NCBI GenBank assembly: GCA_963765495.1
Contig: CAVXWP010000001.1
Coordinates: 384,001-448,000, forward strand
DNA from: Blastocatellia bacterium
GTDB lineage: Bacteria > Acidobacteriota > Blastocatellia > UBA7656
Reading direction: 5' to 3'
Length of the DNA stretch: 64,000 bases
The notes beneath the pieces were generated by a model, which was not told where the DNA came from, made no database searches, and saw only the letters and a list, made by a program, of their open reading frames with translations. This document shows, one piece after another, positions 29,113-40,279 of this stretch. A program made the position numbers and the translations under genes. Each line of letters starts with the position of its first letter. The first letter of the stretch is position 1.

Positions 29113-30276
29113 TTAGCGATTTGCGGTCTCGCTCACGATATTTGAAGACTTGCTTTCGTTGTTGAACTGGTCTACGGCGGTCACGCGATAATAGTATCTC
29201 TGATCTGGTGTCACCTTATCGTCGTGGTATGTGACTGTAGCGATAGGCTGGGCGGTCAGCTTTACCCAATCCTTCTCCGGCGCATCCATCGCATCCGTTC
29301 TATAAATGTTATAGCCGATAACATCGGCTTCGGGGCTGGTCGGCCAGAAGAGGCTAATAACAGCGTTTGCCGATGCAATTGAAACCGGGTCGGGCGGCAA
29401 AGGCGCAAACGTGTCTATCGGCTTGAAGGTCAAAGCAGGGCTATCGGCGCTTTCTATCAATCCGGTCGCGCCTTGAGAGAGAGCGCGAACCACATAGTTG
29501 TATTCGACCTGATAGCGGAATTTCGTATCGGTGTATTTCGTATCGGTGACAGGCTCGGAATTGAGCGGTTTGCCGAAATCTTCGCGCTTCGCGGTCCGGC
29601 GATAGATGTTATAGCCTACGATGGAGGCGGGCTCGGTGCTGTCCACATTTGCTTTGGGAGCGCTCCACGATATCGTGACGGCATTCTGTGCCTGATCTGC
29701 CAGTTGCACGTCACCGGGCGGTTCGGAAATCCCGGGCACAGGCTCGAAGGCGACGGTGTTTGAAAACGGCGCGGTCTGTTCCCTCTTATTCACATAGCGC
29801 ACGGCATAGCGAAGTCTCAAATTGGCAAGCTCTTTCGGGCTGCTCATATTCACAACATCGCTGTATTGCAACTTGCCGGTTGCCTTTACCTGCTTTTCAA
29901 TCATAGCGCGGTCGAGAGAGCCAACCACCCGGGCCGCCTCTTCGTAATCGCTCTCATTTAAGAGAGGCTCCTGATCGCGCTGCTCAACCAGTCGGTAGAT
30001 GTCTACGCGATGAATGTAAGAGCGATTATCCTGCTGTTTGATGAGCGGAGGCGCAGGCCACGAAAGAACTATGCGGTCGCCGCGCTGAATGGCCGTCAGG
30101 TTCTGGGTGCGGACGGTTATGCGCGCAGGCGCGACAGGCGCGCCCACCTTGCCGCAGGCGAGACTCAGAGTCGCCAAAAGCAGGAGAGCCACCGGCAAGA
30201 GGTCGGTAATGCGAAGATGTTTGATGAGAAAACGGACACGCTCCAGATGCGTGCCGACTTGCGGATCGGGCTTCAC
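29113..30276 (-). CDS. Lipoprotein with three fibronectin type III domains
   Basis: Lipobox LSLACG; [22 protein letters not shown] motifs. Confidence 0.85.
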   Translation of the reverse strand: MKPDPQVGTHLERVRFLIKHLRITDLLPVALLLLATLSLACGKVGAPVAPARITVRTQNLTAIQRGDRIVLSWPAPPLIKQQDNRSYIHRVDIYRLVEQRDQEPLLNESDYEEAARVVGSLDRAMIEKQVKATGKLQYSDVVNMSSPKELANLRLRYAVRYVNKREQTAPFSNTVAFEPVPGISEPPGDVQLADQAQNAVTISWSAPKANVDSTEPASIVGYNIYRRTAKREDFGKPLNSEPVTDTKYTDTKFRYQVEYNYVVRALSQGATGLIESADSPALTFKPIDTFAPLPPDPVSIASANAVISLFWPTSPEADVIGYNIYRTDAMDAPEKDWVKLTAQPIATVTYHDDKVTPDQRYYYRVTAVDQFNNESKSSNIVSETANR

Positions 30277-31662
30277 AGTATGTACCGGCTCAGGTCTTCG
30301 TTCTTCACTATGTCGGCCAGTTGTTTTTGAACATAGTCTGCGCCGATCTCTACGTTCTTCTCTTCAAGGTCCGGCCCCTCGAATGAATACTCATCCAGCA
30401 GAGTCTCCATGATCGTGTGAAGCCTGCGAGCGCCTATGTCTTCCGTGTTCTCATTCACGGAAAAGGCGAAGCGCGCTATGGCGTCAATGGCTTCTTCGGT
30501 AAAGCTCAAGACTATGCCTTCGGTTTCGAGAAGGGCCACATACTGCCGCACCATAGAGTTTTTCGGCTCGGTCAGGATGCGCTTAAAATCCTCGATTGTG
30601 AGCGGCTTCAGCTCTACGCGAATCGGGAATCGGCCTTGCAGTTCCGGTATCAAATCCGAGGGTTTTGAGACGTGGAATGCGCCCGCCGCGACAAACAGGA
30701 TGTGGTCGGTCCTGACCATGCCGTAACGCGTGTTGACCGTGGTCCCCTCGACTATAGGCAGGATGTCGCGCTGCACGCCCTCGCGCGAAACGTCGGGTCC
30801 CTGCCCGCCTTCGCGCCCGGCTATCTTGTCTATCTCATCTGAGAAATATTATGCCCGCCGATTCCACGCGCTCAATCGCCATGCGCGCCACCTGATCCAT
30901 ATCGATCAGTTTCTGCTCTTCTTCCTGTATGAGGTATTCCATCGCCTCATCTACGCGCATTTTTCGCATCTTGGGTCGGCCTCCGAACATATTCGGAAAC
31001 ATGTCGCGGAGGTTAATATCCATCTCTTCGATGCCTTGCGGGGTGTAGATTTCAAAGTGGCCGGGATTGGATCGCTCCTGCACTTCGATCTCGACCATTC
31101 GCGCATCGAGTCTCCCCTCGCGCAATTGCTGGCGGAGTTTCTCGCGCGTTCGCTCGAACTGCTCCAGAGAGCTATCGCCTTCGACGATCTCATCCACCTG
31201 TCGAGTGCGCGGCAGCAGTAAATCGAGCATTCGCTCTTCGGCATTGTGCTCGGCCTGTTCGACGACCTCGGCTATCTTCTCTTCGCGCACAAGGTCTATG
31301 CCGATCTCGACCAGATCGCGGATCATGGATTCGACATCGCGTCCGACATAGCCGACTTCGGTGAATTTCGACGCTTCCACTTTCAGGAAAGGCGAATTTG
31401 AAAGCCTTGCCAGACGGCGGGCTATCTCGGTCTTACCTATCCCCGTAGACCCGATCATGATGATGTTCTTTGGTATGACATCCTGGGCCAGTTCGGGCGG
31501 CAATTTCTGCCGACGGATTCGATTCCTGAGCGCGATGGCAACCGCCCGCTTGGCGGCATCCTGACCGACTACATACTTGTTGAGTTCCTGCACGATCTGG
31601 CGCGGTGTCATCTCGTCAAGTCTCGGCTGATCTTTAACTTCACCTGATAAATATATGACCAT
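30273..31662 (-). pseudogene. hslU: HslU ATPase subunit split by a +1 frameshift at 30840 (true pseudogene or sequencing error)
   Basis: N half TPRQIV, GSTGIGKT, KVEASKFTEVGYVG; C half [26 protein letters not shown]. Removing one base restores IIFLDEIDKIA. Confidence 0.9.
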
Positions 31663-31779
31663 TTCGATAAAAACTATAGAATACTTCCGGCAGAGCTACA
31701 AGCCGCAAGTTGACGCGCTCAACACGCTCCTTTTCCGCTATTCGGTTTTCTTATGAATTGAGGCAGAGGTGCTGCTAAA

Positions 31780-31873
31780 TGACGCGTGATCCGTGATTCG
31801 TGACCTTAAAGACGGGCTTCTCTTAGCTGCGAAGCTCAAACCTCAAATTTCACAAATCACGGATCACGCGTCA
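31780..31873. repeat. Heptamer-arm inverted-repeat element, copy 5
   Basis: TGACGCGTGATCCGTGATTCGTGA...TCACAAATCACGGATCACGCGTCA. Confidence 0.82.
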
Positions 31874-31884
31874 GCCGGAGGGGA

Positions 31885-32802
31885 TCAGTTTATTTCCTGC
31901 TTCAGATAAATCGTGTCGTAATAGCTTACAAGGCTGTACCCGGCTCTTCTGTAGAAGGACTGCGCCACCTCGAACTTCTCGTTTACCAGCACGCAAACCC
32001 TTCCCGTGCGCATCAGGAAATCTCTGCCGAGTTCCGACATGCATCGCAAGCCTATGCCTTTGCCTCGCTCTGCGGGATTTACCCACACGCCTTCAAGATA
32101 GACTACATCCGGCGTGTCGCTGACTATTTCGGCCTTGAACAAGAGCCTGCCATCCTCAACCCACACCCGGCTTTTGCCCGTCTCGATGCGGTGAGCGCAT
32201 CGCCGCCGGAATCCTTCCGGGTCGGTTTCGAGCGGATCTATGCCGCTTTCTGCCAGCGCCGATTCGGCGTGCGCCGGGACGATGAGATCGAGATCGCTCA
32301 TCGTCGCCACGCGCAAACCCGACATCTCTGTCTCTGTCTCAACGGGCCACCCCTGCTCAAATAAAAGCTCGCGGCAGTGGAGGCGGACTTCCTGCCCGCC
32401 GTCGGAATAGTATTTCCAGAACGCCTGCGCCTTTTCCGGCTCGGCCAGTAACATAAACGCGCTTGGGCACTCCTTGGCCAGACGAGCGAAACCTTCGATG
32501 GCCCGGTCACTCTGGGTCTCGAAAAGGATGAAGTGACCTATCAACGCTACGCCCTCGATCTCGCCTGTCATATCGCGGCAGGCATAGAAAGTGCCACGGT
32601 TGTGAGGACTGACCATACCATTACTTCGAATGAATCCGGCCATTCCAAAAGTGTGAACCGGGCGTTCGGAAAGAAACGCCAGGACCTCGCCTTCTTCCTC
32701 ACAGGTGAGCGCAGTGATTGATACAGGATTCTCTTGGCTCTTATTCATGCCTGGTACGGCTTCTATATTTTTTCTGTTTCTCGCCGTTGCATACATAATC
32801 AT
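31885..32802 (-). CDS. GNAT N-acetyltransferase (DUF4081 plus FR47-like)
   Basis: FKAEI, GVWVNPAERGKGIG, VNEKFEVAQSFYRRAGY; start placed at ATG 32802 after a GGAG RBS. Confidence 0.85.
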   Translation of the reverse strand: MIMYATARNRKNIEAVPGMNKSQENPVSITALTCEEEGEVLAFLSERPVHTFGMAGFIRSNGMVSPHNRGTFYACRDMTGEIEGVALIGHFILFETQSDRAIEGFARLAKECPSAFMLLAEPEKAQAFWKYYSDGGQEVRLHCRELLFEQGWPVETETEMSGLRVATMSDLDLIVPAHAESALAESGIDPLETDPEGFRRRCAHRIETGKSRVWVEDGRLLFKAEIVSDTPDVVYLEGVWVNPAERGKGIGLRCMSELGRDFLMRTGRVCVLVNEKFEVAQSFYRRAGYSLVSYYDTIYLKQEIN

Positions 32803-32883
32803 TTCTCCCGATCTCAATTCAGTCAATCCTTTTCCGGCGCATGATGAACCATCAAAAGCCATGCGCCCTGTTTACTCTACGCT

Positions 32884-34809
32884 CTAGTTGTTCGGGTCTG
32901 GATCGGGTTCGACGAGCATACTCGCCGTCTGCTCGCCACCAATCGCGGTCTGAGCAAGAGTCGATGCGGCCGTGGGCGATGTGGTAGACGCCAGATAACT
33001 GTCAGAGAGTATGGTCCCGCTGCCAAGCAAAGTTCCATCTGTGATCAGCACACCATTGCTGAGCAGCGTTCCTGCCGACAGCAGCGTTCCATTCGATAAG
33101 ATCGTACCGTTTGATAATATCACTCCTGCCGACAGCAACGTGCCCGTTGTAAGCAGCACACCGTTGCCAAGCAATACGCCATTGCTAAGCAATACGCCGT
33201 TGGTCAGCAGTGTCCCCGTACCGTAAATGCCCTGATACTTGAGTATCAGATCGTTGCCGTAGACGAAGTTCCATTTCTGAATCACTCCGCCGCCCCACGA
33301 GAAACTCTGTCCGCCTATCGTGGTCGATTGCGTTGGGGCCGCGCCGGTAAGCAGGCTTGCGCCCATGCTCAGCCCGGAAAGGTCCTGACGCACGAGCCCC
33401 GCAAGCCTCACCGCGCCTTCTACGTTTAACTCGCCTGCTCCCTGCTCGATGTTGGCAAACCCGGCAAGAGGCTGCGCCGTGTATTCGAGCATTGCTTTCA
33501 CCAGATTGGGCGTGAGGCTCGGATTTCTTTGCAGAATCAGCGCCGCCGCGCCGGCGACCGCCGGTGTGGCCATAGAGGTGCCGCTCATATACATCATGTC
33601 GTGCCCGGCAAACCAGCTTACGTTTGCGTCGAGCGAAGGAGTTTGCGCGACCAGCGCGTTGTTCGGAGATTTTGCTTCGATGATCTTGTTTCCCGGGGCA
33701 ACGAGGTCCGGCTTGATAAGGTTGTCGTAATTCTTCACGCCCAGCACGTTTGTCGTGTAACCACGTGTCGGCCCGCAAGAACTGTAGGTCGCAACCGTGT
33801 CGTCTGCGCGAGAGTTCGTCCCGTAAGTGTTCGTCGCCCCCACGGTGATGGCCGAAGGCTCGATGCCAGGCGAGTGTATCGCTCCATAGACCTTGGTTCC
33901 ATTGGCACTCTTGCCCAGGTTGCCTGCGGCCACACACACGACGATTCCGGCGTCGAAGGCCCTTCGAACCGCCTGGCACAGAGGATCGTTCGCATAAGAA
34001 TCGGTAGCCGTTGTGCCAAAGCTGAGATTGAGAACGCGGATGTTGTAAGCGACCCTGTTAGAGATACACCAGTCAATGCCCGCGATGGCGCTTGAGACCG
34101 AGCCCCGGCCCTGAGAATCGAGCACTCTGACATTGAGGATGCGGGCGGCGGGCGCGATACCGGTGTATGCCCCGTTGGCTACGTGAGAGCTCCCGGCTGC
34201 GACCGAGGCGACGTGTGTGCCGTGTCCATAAGGGTCGTCGGTTCTGCCTTCGCCTGTGAAATCCACATTGGCAGCTATCCTGCCTATGAAAGAGTGATGA
34301 TTGGCGTAGATGCCGGAGTCGAGGATGGCGATGCCTATGCCGGAGCCGTTTATCGTTCCAGTCGCGGTGGTGCCATAATTTCTGGCCATCGCCGCGCCGG
34401 TCGTGGTTTCAAGATGACCAGTCACCTGAGTGGGTCTGTCAAAAGAGATATAGCCCACGTCGGAGCGGCTGGTCAAAGCGGCTACCGCGGCAGGAGGCAG
34501 ATCAACGGCAACGAAATCCATATTGTTGTACATCTTGCGAAGGCTGCCGCCAAGCGCCCCCACCGATGTCAACAGCGCCCCGCGAGGCGAAGAATTGGTC
34601 TGAATGATGACGGGAATAAGCTTGTCGGTCTTTGATGCCATCTTCAATTGCAATTCGGGCGAAATCTTGTCGGATGATCCTTGCTTACTCTTCGAACCCG
34701 CCTGAACTACGCTGCCCGGTTCAAGCGACTGCCCAAAGGGGATGCCTACAAGGTAAGAAAGCATTATGACTGCCACAAGAATGCTCGATGGTTTCTTTGT
34801 TCTTTTCAT
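32884..34809 (-). CDS. Secreted S8 subtilase (AprX-like) with C-terminal hexapeptide repeats
   Basis: Signal peptide, I9-like prodomain, ILDSG, HGTHVA, AAGN, SGTSMATP. Confidence 0.92.
   Translation of the reverse strand: MKRTKKPSSILVAVIMLSYLVGIPFGQSLEPGSVVQAGSKSKQGSSDKISPELQLKMASKTDKLIPVIIQTNSSPRGALLTSVGALGGSLRKMYNNMDFVAVDLPPAAVAALTSRSDVGYISFDRPTQVTGHLETTTGAAMARNYGTTATGTINGSGIGIAILDSGIYANHHSFIGRIAANVDFTGEGRTDDPYGHGTHVASVAAGSSHVANGAYTGIAPAARILNVRVLDSQGRGSVSSAIAGIDWCISNRVAYNIRVLNLSFGTTATDSYANDPLCQAVRRAFDAGIVVCVAAGNLGKSANGTKVYGAIHSPGIEPSAITVGATNTYGTNSRADDTVATYSSCGPTRGYTTNVLGVKNYDNLIKPDLVAPGNKIIEAKSPNNALVAQTPSLDANVSWFAGHDMMYMSGTSMATPAVAGAAALILQRNPSLTPNLVKAMLEYTAQPLAGFANIEQGAGELNVEGAVRLAGLVRQDLSGLSMGASLLTGAAPTQSTTIGGQSFSWGGGVIQKWNFVYGNDLILKYQGIYGTGTLLTNGVLLSNGVLLGNGVLLTTGTLLSAGVILSNGTILSNGTLLSAGTLLSNGVLITDGTLLGSGTILSDSYLASTTSPTAASTLAQTAIGGEQTASMLVEPDPDPNN
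33001..33216 (-). repeat. 12 tandem 18-bp coding repeats, G[VT][LI][LI][STG][NATDS]
   Basis: GTLLTN GVLLSN GVLLGN GVLLTT GTLLSA GVILSN GTILSN GTLLSA GTLLSN GVLITD GTLLGS GTILSD. Confidence 0.95.
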
Positions 34810-35349
34810 ATTTTTTCCTTTGATTTCCCGGTCTCAAATTGCAGCTTCCCTCTGGCCTGAGAAGAGAAATAATCCTGCCGACCGGCATCGGTAAGGCTCA
34901 TGATTTGTGTCTTAGCTTATCTCTTTCAACATTTATCCTGAGTTGACCCTTCGATAACTCTTCTTCAAGTTGTGTGCCATACCCGTCAGACAAATGACCG
35001 AAGCAAGGCAAGAGCTTTGCCCGAGAGCATTTTACCCAGAAGCTAAATCAACCGACATAAGCACTTAAGCGCCAGGTGGTCACAACCGGGCGGGGGTCGA
35101 AAAATCAAAATCATTTGATTGGAAACTCTGCAATAAAGATCGGAGCAGGTGTGCTCAGGCGAGGCGTTATTTCATTCAAATCGAGATGCATCAATCTGAA
35201 AAGTCATTTTGACCGATCCGCCCTACCCTTGCCGCCTCATATTCTGGTCGGACCATTCGGGCGAGCGACTGCCCCTAAATTGAAACTGGTCGCCGTGCAT
35301 GCTAATCTTTCTCCGACCGTTTCCTCTGACAAATCGGAGAGTACAATCG

Positions 35350-36330
35350 ATGTTGAAGGATCAAGTGCAACACCTTCTCAATTACAGGACCCCTCTCGCC
35401 GTGGGTTTGATGCTGATATTTTTCATACTTCCCACGGCGGCGCAACAGGGCGACAAGGCGATAAAGCTCGAATCCAATCTTGTCACGGTTGATGTGACGA
35501 TAACTGACAGAGACGGCAATTTCATCAGGAATTTGAAACCCGAGGACTTCACAATTTATCAGGATGACAGACCGCAGAAACTCGACTTCTTTGAGGCGAA
35601 CGAAGAAGCGACGCTGACGCGACCTATCGCTGCCGTCTTCGTGCTCGACATCTCAGGCAGCATCAAGCCCGAAGAGATAACCAGACAGCGCGAGGCGGCC
35701 GAATCCTTTATAAAGTTGCTCAATCCCGAATCAATGTTTGCGATCATCGCATTCAACCACGAAATAAAAGTCATTCAGGATTTTACAAACGACCCTCAAA
35801 AGATCAGCCGGGCGTTCCAGCACGTAGGCAAGGCGGAAGGCTCCACCAGATTATTCGGCTCGATAGACAAAGCCGTGGCGATGCTCAAGCGCGGGCCGCG
35901 CTTCCGCAAGGGCAGACGGTTGCGTCGCGTCGTCATCACGATAAGCGACGGCTACGATTCTGTGGACACCGTGGATCAGCGTGATTTGATACGCCGCGCA
36001 AACGACGCCGAGGTGACGGTCTATTCGATCACACTGCCTTCTTATACGCCGGGGCTCGGCAACAACCGGGCCATAACCCTGCTCGATGCCGCGCGTATCG
36101 TGCCGATGACGGGGGGGGCGGATTTCTCGGCCGACACAAACGATTTTACGCCCGTCTTCAAAGCGATTGCCGAAGAGATCAGGTCAAGCTACACGCTTGC
36201 CTATTATCCGAATGATGACGCGCGCGACGGGCGAACCCATAACATCCGGGTAGAAGTGAAACATAGCGGCGCGATTATTCGCACAAGCCGCAACAGCTAT
36301 CAATCTCAATCGCGAGGCGGCGAGCGGTAA
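35350..36330 (+). CDS. Acidobacterial-type VWA domain protein
   Basis: LVTVDVTITDRDG, LKPEDF, DISGS MIDAS, ISDG, TGG, YTLAYYP. Confidence 0.9.
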   Translation: MLKDQVQHLLNYRTPLAVGLMLIFFILPTAAQQGDKAIKLESNLVTVDVTITDRDGNFIRNLKPEDFTIYQDDRPQKLDFFEANEEATLTRPIAAVFVLDISGSIKPEEITRQREAAESFIKLLNPESMFAIIAFNHEIKVIQDFTNDPQKISRAFQHVGKAEGSTRLFGSIDKAVAMLKRGPRFRKGRRLRRVVITISDGYDSVDTVDQRDLIRRANDAEVTVYSITLPSYTPGLGNNRAITLLDAARIVPMTGGADFSADTNDFTPVFKAIAEEIRSSYTLAYYPNDDARDGRTHNIRVEVKHSGAIIRTSRNSYQSQSRGGER

Positions 36331-36356
36331 TTCCTCGCCTCAGACCGTACCCGGCC

Positions 36357-36398
36357 TTGTTCGGGAACTTTTGTTCGGGAACTTTTGTTCGGGAGCTT
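36357..36398. repeat. 14-bp tandem repeat x3 (TTGTTCGGGAACTT)
   Basis: Two exact copies and one copy with one mismatch, upstream of the 36451 gene. Confidence 0.8.
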
Positions 36399-36450
36399 TT
36401 ATTCGAGAAAGATTCCAACTCATTACAAACATCGACAGGAGCGCGCAAAG

Positions 36451-37692
36451 ATGGCGATAAAACAATTCGAACCGCAATTCATGAAAATCGGCGTGTTGAC
36501 GGCGGCCTTGCAGGAGCTTACGCCGAGAGAGATACGCGACCCCGACCCCGACCGCGCAATAGAAGACTGGCTGGCTTTTGCCTCCGAGCTTGGCGTCGAT
36601 TACATACAGTTGTCGGCGGCGCTGCATCCTAGCGAATCCGACGTTCCCGCAGAAGCCATGCTCGACCCCGTGGCCAACACTCTCGACCTCCGCGAGCCTT
36701 TCAACGAGCGCCGCGCCGCCCGCGTGCTTGCCGCCATGAAAGAGCATCACATAGGGCTGTCCGACATCGGGTACTTCGACAACATGCTCCACAACGATCC
36801 GGCGATCAGGCAGAAAAAGCACGATTTCATGTTGAGGATTTTCGACACCGCGACCCTGCTCGGAGTAGACGCCGTCTGCGGATTCGTAGGCCGAAACCAG
36901 ACCTTGAGCATGGATCAAAACCTGATCGATTTCGCCGAGCATTTCATCCCTCTTCTAAAAGAGGCCAAAGCGCGCGGGCTGACCTACAGAGTCGAGCAAT
37001 GCCCGATGCCCGGATGGACCACGGGCGATAATTTTCATAACAACATCGCCTACACTCCGGGAACCTGGATAGCGCTTCATCAAATATGCGAGAAGGCGGG
37101 CGTTGGCGATCATTTCCGCATCCATTACGATCCCTCGCACGCGATACTGATGGGACAGGATACGCGCTCGATATTCCAGTATCTGAAAGACTCGGGCTAC
37201 GGCTTCCTGATAGGCGGCTTCCACGTCAAGGGGCAGGTCATTGACGCGAAAGGCGTGGCCGCCTGGGGATACGGGGGGCAGACGGTCCAGCGCGGCGACT
37301 GGGTAAACGGCAAGCCTTCTGAAAACCCCGCCGATCAGGCCAATGCGTGGCTGAAACAGACCGTGTTGTGCGAACACGAATTGCCGGGAACGGCCCGTCA
37401 CGACCCGCTCGCTTATTTGCAGAACCGCACGGTTGACTGGCTGGATCATCAGCTTGCGGCGCGTGAACTCCTCGACCTCGACGTGGCAAACACGCACCTC
37501 ATAGTCGAGCACGAATACCCGCCCGCGAGGATTCAGGACAAAGAGCGGCTCAAGCCAATCCTCAAAGGCTCAATCGCTTTCACACGCAAGATAGATGAAG
37601 CGGCAGCCTGCATGTACGCCTTGCAACACGATGTGCTGGCATCGCAGGACATCCCGGTTCAGGGCGTAGGCAGACAGGCGTACCGCTCTTGA
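36451..37692 (+). CDS. Sugar phosphate isomerase/epimerase (AP-endonuclease-2 TIM barrel)
   Basis: [25 protein letters not shown] metal ligands. Confidence 0.8.
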   Translation: MAIKQFEPQFMKIGVLTAALQELTPREIRDPDPDRAIEDWLAFASELGVDYIQLSAALHPSESDVPAEAMLDPVANTLDLREPFNERRAARVLAAMKEHHIGLSDIGYFDNMLHNDPAIRQKKHDFMLRIFDTATLLGVDAVCGFVGRNQTLSMDQNLIDFAEHFIPLLKEAKARGLTYRVEQCPMPGWTTGDNFHNNIAYTPGTWIALHQICEKAGVGDHFRIHYDPSHAILMGQDTRSIFQYLKDSGYGFLIGGFHVKGQVIDAKGVAAWGYGGQTVQRGDWVNGKPSENPADQANAWLKQTVLCEHELPGTARHDPLAYLQNRTVDWLDHQLAARELLDLDVANTHLIVEHEYPPARIQDKERLKPILKGSIAFTRKIDEAAACMYALQHDVLASQDIPVQGVGRQAYRS

Positions 37693-37720
37693 GGGATGAG
37701 GGATGAGGGATGAGGGATGA
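37690..37720. repeat. Heptamer tandem (TGAGGGA)x4
   Basis: Begins with the TGA stop of the upstream gene. Confidence 0.85.
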
Positions 37721-37982
37721 AAAGGAGATATGGTCAACCTGTTTCAATCTCGGGGGATTACGTTGGCCTGACTGGTTTTGATCAGATCCGCGAAAATCCG
37801 CCCGATCCGCGTCCGTCCCGGGCTATTTCTATTTTACCGAACGAGAGTTTGCAAGAAACCGCGAGGTCGGATGGTAGAGTTTGCAATTCACCGGCTTGAC
37901 TTTTTGCGCTCGTGTAATAAAGTAAAGCCTGCATACGCAATCAGCTATCTGATCTCAAACGAAAATTTTATGGAGGCGCACG

Positions 37983-38600
37983 ATGTCAGAACAGCAAGAT
38001 AACATTACGCGGCGAGAGGCTCTCAAAAACATCTCGGTCGGCGTGGGAGTGATCGCCACTTTGCCCGTACTCAGCCAGTCAGCGCTCGGCGGGCAAGAGA
38101 TGGCGCACCAGCACATGCACACAGCGACGCAGACCGCGACCAGCGCGAAACCGCAGCCGCTCAAGTTTTTCACTCCTGCCGAAAACAAGACCGTCATCGA
38201 GATGTCTGAGCATATCATTCCGGCCGATGACTCTTCGCCGGGCGCAAAGGCCGCGCGCGTGAATGAATACATCGACCTGATCGTGAGCGAATCGGCCGAC
38301 AATACGAAAAAAGCGTGGCGCGACGGACTTGCCGCCGTCAATAAAATGAGTAAGGACAAGTACGGCAAAGAGTACGCCGAGGCGAGCGCCGACCAGCAGT
38401 TGGAATTGCTCAAAGAGATAAGCAAAAACGAGATGTCGCCAAAGACGCCGGAAGAGTATTTCTTCCGCACCATCAAGAGCATGACGATTGACGGCTATTA
38501 CACGTCTGAAATCGGCATACACACGGAGCTTAAATACAAGGGCAATTCGTACCTGAAAGAATTTCCCGGCTGCACGCACCCGGAGCATCAGAAGGGATGA
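37983..38600 (+). CDS. Gluconate 2-dehydrogenase subunit 3 family protein (Tat signal)
   Basis: [34 protein letters not shown]. Confidence 0.88.
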   Translation: MSEQQDNITRREALKNISVGVGVIATLPVLSQSALGGQEMAHQHMHTATQTATSAKPQPLKFFTPAENKTVIEMSEHIIPADDSSPGAKAARVNEYIDLIVSESADNTKKAWRDGLAAVNKMSKDKYGKEYAEASADQQLELLKEISKNEMSPKTPEEYFFRTIKSMTIDGYYTSEIGIHTELKYKGNSYLKEFPGCTHPEHQKG

Positions 38601-39373
38601 GAAGACTCTTACAATCACTGCCGGGCGTACTCCTGATTATTCTGCTCGCCTTTGCGGGATCAGGGCTTTCTACAGGGCGCGCTTTCGTCAGCCGCGCCAA
38701 ACATAAGGTGCTCTACCTGACTCACTCGGCCGGATTCAAGCACGATGTCCTTCCGCTTTCCGAGCAGATACTGGCGCAGATCGGCGAGCGAAGCGGCGAG
38801 TTTGAAGTGACGGCGACAGGGGATTGCTCGGTTTTGAGCCGCGAAGGGCTAAAGCCTTACGACGTGGTGGTCTTTTACACTACGGGCGAGTTGCCGATTT
38901 CCGATGAGCAGAAGGCGGCGTTTTTGAATTTTATAAAATCGGGCAAAGGCTTCATAGGCATTCACAGCGCCACCGATACGTTTTACAAGTGGCCCGAATA
39001 CGGTGAAATGATCGGCGGCTACTTTGACCAGCATCCCTGGCATCAGGAAGTCACCATCAAGGTCGAAGACAGAAAACATCCATCCACAAGCCATCTGGGC
39101 GAATCCTTCAAGATCACCGACGAGATTTATCAGTTTAAGGATTTTTCACGCTCTCGCGTGCACGTACTGCTCAGCCTCGACCCCGATTCAGTAGATCTGA
39201 ATGCGAAGAATGTTCACCGAACAGACAAAGATTTCGCCACCGCGTGGTGTCGCGATTACGGGCGGGGCCGCGTCTTTTACACCGCGCTCGGACACCGCCC
39301 GGAAGTCTGGCAGGATGAGCGATTTCAAAAGCATCTGCTCGGCGCATTGCGCTGGGTGACGGCAAAACATTGA
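38597..39373 (+). CDS. ThuA-like domain protein
   Basis: [33 protein letters not shown]. Confidence 0.88.
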   Translation: MRRLLQSLPGVLLIILLAFAGSGLSTGRAFVSRAKHKVLYLTHSAGFKHDVLPLSEQILAQIGERSGEFEVTATGDCSVLSREGLKPYDVVVFYTTGELPISDEQKAAFLNFIKSGKGFIGIHSATDTFYKWPEYGEMIGGYFDQHPWHQEVTIKVEDRKHPSTSHLGESFKITDEIYQFKDFSRSRVHVLLSLDPDSVDLNAKNVHRTDKDFATAWCRDYGRGRVFYTALGHRPEVWQDERFQKHLLGALRWVTAKH

Positions 39374-39375
39374 AG

Positions 39376-40230
39376 TCAAAACTGCAACGTCTTCAGGTAA
39401 TCGTAGCTCGTTTTGATGCTGTCAAACGGAGACCCCGGGCACTGATCCTGCTCAACGAAATAATGCTTGACGCCCGCCTTCGCTGACTCGGCGAAGATCG
39501 CTTTGAAATCGATCTGCCCACGGCCCACTTCGGTGAAACCGCGCGCGGGCGTGCGGTCCATGTCCTTTACGTGAAAGAGCGGGAACCGGCCCGGATAAAG
39601 GGCGAAATATTTCGCAGGCTCCTGATCGGCCTTTCTCATCCAGTAAAGGTCCATCTCCAGTTTGACGAGCGAAGAATCCGTGCTTGTGAGCAGCACGTCA
39701 TAAGGAACCTCGTTGTCGAATTTCTGGAACTCAAAATCGTGATTGTGATAGGCAAACTGGATTCCCGCTTTCTTACATTTTTCTCCGGCCTTGTTAAATA
39801 GCTCGGCCAGTCGCTTGTAATCGTCAAGCGATTTCCGCTCTTCGGGAAACAGATAAGAGCAGACCAGATATTTATGGCCTATCGCGTGCGCCGCTTCGAT
39901 GTTTTTATCAAGCTCGTCGCGCACAACTTTCGCTATGATGTGAGCCGAAGGCGCGACCAGCTTGTTTTTGTCAAGCACCATCCTCACCTGCTTGGGCGTG
40001 CGGTCGTAGTAGCCCGCAAACTCGACTTCTCTGTAGCCGATTCCCGCCACACGGGCGAGCGTCCCTTCGAAATCATCCTTCATCTGATCTCTCACGGTGT
40101 AGAGTTGTACGCCTATCTTTTCTATTTTGTGACCGGCGTAATTACCCAGACCCGATTTGGCCGCCCACAACATAGGAACGCTCATCGCCGCGTATCCGAG
40201 AAAGCTTCTTCGATCAATTATTTTTGCCAT
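39376..40230 (-). CDS. Tat-exported sugar phosphate isomerase/epimerase (IolE-like TIM barrel)
   Basis: DRRSFL, GVQLYTVR, YHNHDFEF, EMDLYW, HVKDM, VEQD. Confidence 0.88.
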   Translation of the reverse strand: MAKIIDRRSFLGYAAMSVPMLWAAKSGLGNYAGHKIEKIGVQLYTVRDQMKDDFEGTLARVAGIGYREVEFAGYYDRTPKQVRMVLDKNKLVAPSAHIIAKVVRDELDKNIEAAHAIGHKYLVCSYLFPEERKSLDDYKRLAELFNKAGEKCKKAGIQFAYHNHDFEFQKFDNEVPYDVLLTSTDSSLVKLEMDLYWMRKADQEPAKYFALYPGRFPLFHVKDMDRTPARGFTEVGRGQIDFKAIFAESAKAGVKHYFVEQDQCPGSPFDSIKTSYDYLKTLQF

Positions 40231-40279
40231 TTTGAAGCACTCTTATGATCACTCGTTAGAATTTAAACCAAAACAGGGA

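Noticed and set aside
30835-30845. Programmed ribosomal frameshift in hslU
   Set aside because: No slippery heptamer or stimulatory structure at the break, and no precedent known to me.
34810-35340. c-di-GMP or c-di-AMP riboswitch upstream of the S8 gene
   Set aside because: Only a weak ACCCGTCAG fragment on the wrong strand; conserved GEMM/ydaO cores were not found by eye. An Rfam scan is needed.
35076-35492. 138-aa ORF upstream of the VWA gene
   Set aside because: Overlaps the VWA gene out of frame and has no family features.
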